From contig JAIMAU010000001.1 of NCBI GenBank assembly GCA_023511795.1, positions 138,384 through 202,383 on the forward strand: a DNA stretch of 64,000 nucleotides. Reading direction: 5' to 3'. The notes beneath the pieces were generated by a model. It was given only the letters and a program-made list of their open reading frames with translations. It was not told the DNA's origin and searched no databases. Of this stretch, positions 59,414-64,000 are shown piece after piece. Source of the stretch: Armatimonadota bacterium (GTDB taxonomy: Bacteria; Armatimonadota; UBA5829; DTJY01). Position 1 is the stretch's first letter. Every line of letters begins with the position of its first letter. The position numbers and the translations under genes are program-made.

Positions 59414-60328
59414 ATGGGAAGGATTTCGGGAGACCAAGCAAGTTGCCAAAATATCATCACTTTTGGCCCCATATGGTTAACCATCTCAGCCATTCTCTTT
59501 GCGATAGTGGCCGTCTTGGTGCGGCTTGCTGGGTTGCAAGGTATTTCTGGTTCGGAAACAACATTCGTCCGCTTTATGTTTGGATTGGCAAGTGTGGGAC
59601 TGCTCCATAAATTTGGCATTGCCCAAATGCATTTTTGCCGGAAGTGGCTACTCGCAGCCAGAGGAATTACTGGTGGTGTTGCAATCCTTTTTTATTATCT
59701 TAGTCTTGCGTCTGTCAAAGGACCGGGACAGACTCCGTTAACGAATAGTGTTTTTTTGGGCAACTCCTATTTCATATTTACGCCCATTTTTGGAGCACTT
59801 CTGATTAAAGAAAGGCTTAGGTTTGGCACAATCCTTGCGGTTGCAGCTGCCCTTACTGGCTTGTACCTTGTTATTCAGCCGAACTTCAGTCACATAAGGA
59901 CTGGAGATATCTATGGCTTAGCAGCCGGTGTGATTTCAGGATTGGCGATAGTAATAATAAGGGAGCTAAGGAAAACCGAATCAGCTATCTCTATATTTTT
60001 CTCGTTTTGCGTATTCGGGGCGCTGGCAGGTTTAATTGGGATGCTTTTTGAGGGAGCAGTTTTACCCAATTTCTATGGTTGGCTGGTTTTATCGGTAATG
60101 GGGATAACAAGTACTGTAGGTCAGCTGTCGATGACTTATGCTCTTCGATGGTCACGCGCTGGTGAGGCGGGAATAATCCAAATGACAACCGTTATTTATT
60201 CGTCCATAGCAGGTATTCTCTGGCTGGGCGATCCTTTTAATTGGATGATTTTACTCGGCGCAATTATAGTCCTTGGTAGTGCAGGGTATATTTCTTTAGT
60301 TCAAAACTTGCAAGTAGCAGAGAAATAG
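59414..60328 (+). CDS. EamA/DMT-family transporter
   Basis: Ten TM helices in a 2x5 duplicated arrangement with EamA-like repeats. Confidence 0.7.
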   Translation: MGRISGDQASCQNIITFGPIWLTISAILFAIVAVLVRLAGLQGISGSETTFVRFMFGLASVGLLHKFGIAQMHFCRKWLLAARGITGGVAILFYYLSLASVKGPGQTPLTNSVFLGNSYFIFTPIFGALLIKERLRFGTILAVAAALTGLYLVIQPNFSHIRTGDIYGLAAGVISGLAIVIIRELRKTESAISIFFSFCVFGALAGLIGMLFEGAVLPNFYGWLVLSVMGITSTVGQLSMTYALRWSRAGEAGIIQMTTVIYSSIAGILWLGDPFNWMILLGAIIVLGSAGYISLVQNLQVAEK

Positions 60329-60347
60329 GCGAACCCCAAAAGACTGA

Positions 60348-61280
60348 TTATTGTTTAAGCGATTCGATATACTTCTCCGCCGATACAGCCGCTATTGCAC
60401 CATCAGCGGCGGCGGTGATCAACTGGCGTAGGGACTTTCTTCGGCAATCGCCAGCCGCGAAGACACCGGGAACGTTAGTCTGCATTTCCTCGTTAGTCAA
60501 TATGTATCCTTGTTCGTCAGTTACCACAGTCCCATGAACAAACTCCGTGTTCGGGTCCGTGCCGACAAGCACAAATACTCCCTCCACTGGCAGGGTTTCT
60601 CGTTTGCCGGTCGCTACATTTTCAATTACTAATCCCTCGACTTTTTCTTTGCCGAGAATTTCGACGGCGATGGTGTTCCATTTGACTGTGATTTTTGGGT
60701 TTTTTAAAACGCGTTCCTGAAGAATCTTGCAAGCTCGCAGAGTATCCCTGCGGTGGATGATAGCAATCTTGCTAGCAAATCTGCTAAGGAATACCGCGTC
60801 TTGAACTGCGGAATCACCACCACCAACCACCGCAATCTCTTTTCCCTTGAAGAAAATGCCGTCGCATGTGGCGCAATATGAGACTCCTTTGCCAGTAAGC
60901 CGATCTTCGTTTGGAATTCCTAGTCGACGTGGTGTTGCACCTGATGCAATAATAATGGTCTTGGTATGGTAATCGCCGGTTGATGAATGGACTACCTTGT
61001 CACGTCTCGAAAGGTCTAACAATTGGACCTCGCTTGAGATTATTTCGAGTCCCAGCAAGCGAGCTTGTTCTTCCATTCGTGATGTAATTTCAAGGCCAGA
61101 GGTTCCTCCAGGGAAGCCGGGGTAGTTTTCTATGTGGTCGATGAGAACCATTTGTCCGCCTGGTAAGTATTTCTCAAGCAGTACGGTCTTGAGGCGCGAC
61201 CGCATTGCATAAATACCTGCCGAAAGCCCGGCGGGGCCACCCCCAATTATAACAACGTCGTATAAATCCAAGTTTTTCAT
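60348..61280 (-). CDS. trxB: Thioredoxin-disulfide reductase
   Basis: DVVIIGGGPAGLSAGIYA FAD motif, CATCDG redox-active disulfide, and GGGDSA NADPH motif. About 310 aa. Confidence 0.85.
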   Translation of the reverse strand: MKNLDLYDVVIIGGGPAGLSAGIYAMRSRLKTVLLEKYLPGGQMVLIDHIENYPGFPGGTSGLEITSRMEEQARLLGLEIISSEVQLLDLSRRDKVVHSSTGDYHTKTIIIASGATPRRLGIPNEDRLTGKGVSYCATCDGIFFKGKEIAVVGGGDSAVQDAVFLSRFASKIAIIHRRDTLRACKILQERVLKNPKITVKWNTIAVEILGKEKVEGLVIENVATGKRETLPVEGVFVLVGTDPNTEFVHGTVVTDEQGYILTNEEMQTNVPGVFAAGDCRRKSLRQLITAAADGAIAAVSAEKYIESLKQ

Positions 61281-61562
61281 CTTTGTTAGCTTATTCTACC
61301 ATACTATACTATTAGCCTGGTACAGCCAAAGTCAAATACCAAATAAAGAAAAAAACTTCAAACAGGAATAATTGATGTTCGGTTTTCATTCAAGGAAGAG
61401 GCAGTTAGCATTTGGATTAAGCTCTCAGGTAACCCTTGAAAAACTGACTCCTTAAGCACATGAATGTTTTATATGAAAATAAGTTAGGAAAAAGTTTTTA
61501 GAAGGAATATGTGGGTAAAAACAAAACATATAAAATTAATTAATGCAGCAGGGTGTCAGATA

Positions 61563-62489
61563 ATGGTTTCCGGCGTGTTCCAAGGCAAAATTTGGGATGT
61601 TCTAATAATAGGTGCAGGGCCGGCAGGCTTATCAGCGGCAGTAAATGCAAAAGCAAGAAATTTAAAAGGAATTGTGTTTGACTTCCGCGAACCTGCAAGT
61701 AAGCCGAAAATCTACCCTGAGGTAACGAATTACTTGGGACTGCCCAAAGTTACTGGCGCTGAATTAGCTTGTCATTTTATGCGGCACTTCTCGAACACAG
61801 GTTTCTTATATAAGAAACAACGTGCGCTCAACGTTGTGCAAGATGGTAACCATGATTTCATGGTTACCACTGACAGCGAAGTTTACCGAAGCTGGACGGT
61901 TATTATTACCACAGGCGTGGCCCAATCGCGGGTATTGCCGGGTGAGGAACAGTATCTTGGTAAAGGAGTTTCCTACTGCGTTACTTGCGATGGTGCTTTG
62001 TTCCGCGGCAAGGACGTGGTTGTTGTGGGTTATATACCAGAGGGAGAGGAGGAAGCGAATTCGCTGGCAGGATTTGCTCGGCGCGTGACGTATGTCGCAA
62101 CATACGAAAATGTGAAAATGCTCGACAAGTCGGTTGAGATTATTCACTCGAACCCTGTAGCAATAATTGGAGATGCGCGTGCTCGCGCCATAAAAACACA
62201 GATTGGCGAAGTACATGCCGATGGTATATTTATCATACGCGAAGCCGTTCCGGTGACAACATTACTTCCGGGACTTGAAGTGGCCGACGGCTTTATAAAG
62301 GTAGATAGACAGATGGCGACAAACATCCCTGGTGTCTTCGCAGCTGGTGATTGCACAGGTGGGCCGTTCCAAATTGCAAAAGCTGTTGGTGAAGGACAGG
62401 TGGCTGCATTGAGTGCCGCAAGGTATGTGTATAAACTAAGAGAAAAGGAGATGTCTGAAAATGAGGCAATTGATTCCCGAGCAAGATAA
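61563..62489 (+). CDS. TrxB-like pyridine-nucleotide disulfide oxidoreductase (probable NAD(P)H:PDO/peroxiredoxin reductase)
   Basis: DVLIIGAGPAGLSAAVNA, CVTCDG, and a C-terminal GVFAAGDC. Start chosen at the ATG at 61563. It is followed, with an overlap, by a two-CxxC PDO. Confidence 0.65.
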   Translation: MVSGVFQGKIWDVLIIGAGPAGLSAAVNAKARNLKGIVFDFREPASKPKIYPEVTNYLGLPKVTGAELACHFMRHFSNTGFLYKKQRALNVVQDGNHDFMVTTDSEVYRSWTVIITTGVAQSRVLPGEEQYLGKGVSYCVTCDGALFRGKDVVVVGYIPEGEEEANSLAGFARRVTYVATYENVKMLDKSVEIIHSNPVAIIGDARARAIKTQIGEVHADGIFIIREAVPVTTLLPGLEVADGFIKVDRQMATNIPGVFAAGDCTGGPFQIAKAVGEGQVAALSAARYVYKLREKEMSENEAIDSRAR

Positions 62490-63138
62490 AGAGTTTCTCA
62501 AGGCAAAGTTTGCAGATGAATTGGAGAATGAGGTAACAGTTGTTGCGTTTACTGAAAAGGCTGAGAATTTGGAGCTACCCGGCCTGGAATGCGAGTTCTG
62601 CAAGGAAACAGCTCAGCTAATTGACGAAGTGGCTGAGCTTTCAGATTTAATTAAGGTTGAGCACAGGGAGTACACGCCATCCGATGAAATGGTGGCTAAG
62701 CTTGGAATTGACAAGCTTCCGGCGATTATACTAATGGGTGACAATATTAAGGGCATTCGATACTTTGGTATTCCAGGTGGGTTTGAATTCAGCTCATTAA
62801 TCGAGGACATTGTGGATGTTTCAAAAAACGTCACCGATTTATCAAATGAAGCCAAGGAAAAAGTCCGAGGTATCGACCAGGATGTTCACATACAAGTGTT
62901 TGTCACACCAACTTGTCCTTACTGTCCGTCTGCTGTTCGGATTGCTCACCAAATGGCGATTGAGAACCCAGAGCATATAATGGCAGATGCAATCGAGGCA
63001 ACCGAATTTCCGCATCTAGTCAGCAAGTATGACATCAGCGCAGTACCGACAGTGGTGATTAACGACAAAGTTCAATTTGAAGGTGCATTGCCCGATTACG
63101 AGTTCGCAGAGAAAATTGCCGAGGCTCTAAGCGCTTAA
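62461..63138 (+). CDS. Glutaredoxin-like protein disulfide oxidoreductase (PDO; two thioredoxin-fold units)
   Basis: Two CxxC sites (CEFC and CPYC) in a ~225-aa protein, the architecture of archaeal/thermophile PDO and the AhpF N-terminal domain. Confidence 0.65.
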   Translation: MRQLIPEQDKEFLKAKFADELENEVTVVAFTEKAENLELPGLECEFCKETAQLIDEVAELSDLIKVEHREYTPSDEMVAKLGIDKLPAIILMGDNIKGIRYFGIPGGFEFSSLIEDIVDVSKNVTDLSNEAKEKVRGIDQDVHIQVFVTPTCPYCPSAVRIAHQMAIENPEHIMADAIEATEFPHLVSKYDISAVPTVVINDKVQFEGALPDYEFAEKIAEALSA

Positions 63139-63145
63139 AACAGAT

Positions 63146-63177
63146 ACGGGATGGGGAGTTAGAACCCCCATCCCGTA
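63146..63177. terminator. Bidirectional rho-independent terminator (ACGGGATGGGGG / CCCCCATCCCGT)
   Basis: 12-bp perfect stem with an 8-nt loop, followed by AAATTTTT. It lies between convergent genes. Confidence 0.6.
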
Positions 63178-63200
63178 AATTTTTCTAGTTCCGTTATATA

Positions 63201-63572
63201 TCACTTAACAAGGTCGCGGATAGCCTGAACAAAAGGTTTTCGGAAAATTTGCTTTGAGATTTCCTCCAAAAGTTTTATTGCCATTTCTCTTCTTGAAATT
63301 GCTGGAGTGTACATAAAAGCATCGGTCTTCTTGTTGCCAAACCGTGCCTGGACTAAAAAACCTTTTCGCGCTAGCTTAGACATCGTGAGCATGATAGTTG
63401 AATAAGATAGTTCTCGTCTAGGATACATTATTTTAAAAACTTTTGATGCTGTAATTGGTGGTTCCAAGTCCCACACAATGTCGAGAATTTGAGCCTCTAA
63501 CTCACCCAGTGATTGGCCGTCTAGACCTTTGCGAATGCCCACGTAGTCCTTTATTCCAGTACTGCTGTTCAA
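63201..63572 (-). CDS. BlaI/MecI/CopY-family winged-helix transcriptional repressor
   Basis: LGELEAQILDIVWDLEPPITASKVFKIMYPRRELSYSTIMLTMSKLARKGFL is the penicillinase-repressor HTH pattern. Confidence 0.7.
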   Translation of the reverse strand: MNSSTGIKDYVGIRKGLDGQSLGELEAQILDIVWDLEPPITASKVFKIMYPRRELSYSTIMLTMSKLARKGFLVQARFGNKKTDAFMYTPAISRREMAIKLLEEISKQIFRKPFVQAIRDLVK

Positions 63573-63699
63573 TTAGTCACTCCTTTCTAAAATTAAAATT
63601 ATATCTTACAACGTGTTATATGATAGATGGTTATGCTGAATGCTGTCAAGAGGCATGAGGAAGAATTAGAAATTTCTTTTTTGTTGCTGTTTAAATTAA

Positions 63700-64000
63700 C
63701 TAGGCAATTGATTTTAGGTGGTTGATAGCTTCTTCAATTGTTTCGGCTCTAATTATAAGTTCATCCAAGCGAAGGAGTTTAAATGCTCGGTCAACGGGTT
63801 CAGTTAGGCTAACTAGAACAATATCGCCACCTTTTTCGGTTGCTCTATTTTTCGTATCAAGGAGAATTCTGAATCCTGCGCTGTCAATATAAACCATATT
63901 TCTTAAATCGAAAATAATTTTGTTTCGCCCGGTTTCGAGGAGGTTATCGGCGGCCTCCTTTAATTTTTTGCTAGTAATTAAGTCGCATTCACCCTTGGCT
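63700..64000 (-). CDS. STAS-domain protein (anti-sigma-factor antagonist-like). The N-terminal part lies beyond the window end.
   Basis: The reading frame stays open upstream of the annotated Met to the window edge (...AKGECDLITSKKLKEAADNLLETGRNKIIFDLRNMVYIDSAGFRILLD). IDSAGF...GGDIVLVSLTEPVDRAFKL is the SpoIIAA-like core. Confidence 0.6.
   Translation of the reverse strand, partial: AKGECDLITSKKLKEAADNLLETGRNKIIFDLRNMVYIDSAGFRILLDTKNRATEKGGDIVLVSLTEPVDRAFKLLRLDELIIRAETIEEAINHLKSIA

Noticed and set aside
1-64000. Screen for CRISPR arrays, IS elements, integrases, prophage or plasmid genes
   Set aside because: No direct-repeat/spacer arrays, no transposase or integrase-like ORFs, and no terminal inverted repeats flanking any segment were seen. 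The tRNA cluster is not followed by an integrase. The window appears to be stable chromosomal backbone.

Overview
This 64-kb window looks like chromosomal DNA from a Gram-negative-type bacterium with roughly 47% GC. The lineage probably has H-X9-DG/DUF1559 pseudopilins and PEP-CTERM proteins, which points to Armatimonadota, Verrucomicrobiota, Planctomycetota or a related candidate phylum. I found no transposase, integrase, CRISPR array or phage genes.

The backbone is housekeeping. It begins with xseA (partial) and xseB, then rsmI. A long co-directional block (22.4-40.4 kb) follows: a T-box-controlled ilvD-ilvB-ilvN-ilvC-leuA-leuC-leuD-cimA operon, then ispH, a PDZ-radical-SAM (DUF512) gene, der, plsY, an AMMECR1 gene, maf, a SAM methyltransferase and an FmdB zinc-ribbon gene. 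Next is a tRNA cluster of Leu(GAG), Val(CAC), Gly(CCC) and Cys(GCA), then a MATE efflux pump and an AcuC-type deacetylase. The window ends with a redox cluster (trxB, a second TrxR-like flavoprotein plus a two-CxxC PDO), a BlaI-family repressor and a partial STAS gene.

Between these sit accessory-looking genes. Two large secreted carbohydrate-active-like proteins flank a UxaE-like gene. A 687-aa protein carries a transaldolase-fold core and a CC-x-CC N-terminus. A compact HgdC-like [4Fe-4S] activase ATPase sits with a small HGD-D-like Cys-rich partner and a DUF1540 protein. There is a secreted protein with a C-terminal Ada-type zinc domain, two tandem pairs of small paralogous proteins, and a class-II aldolase + 578-aa MDR + SrlD-like SDR cluster. 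A DUF2064 gene lies next to a thioredoxin-domain YyaL gene. Two DUF1559 pseudopilin-like genes are present, one paired with a DnaA_N-like gene. An alkaline phosphatase carries a PEP-CTERM anchor.

The most promising candidates for undescribed biology are the activase/HGD-D-like/DUF1540 trio and the transaldolase-like giant. Every call is based on reading motifs by eye; no database search was possible.
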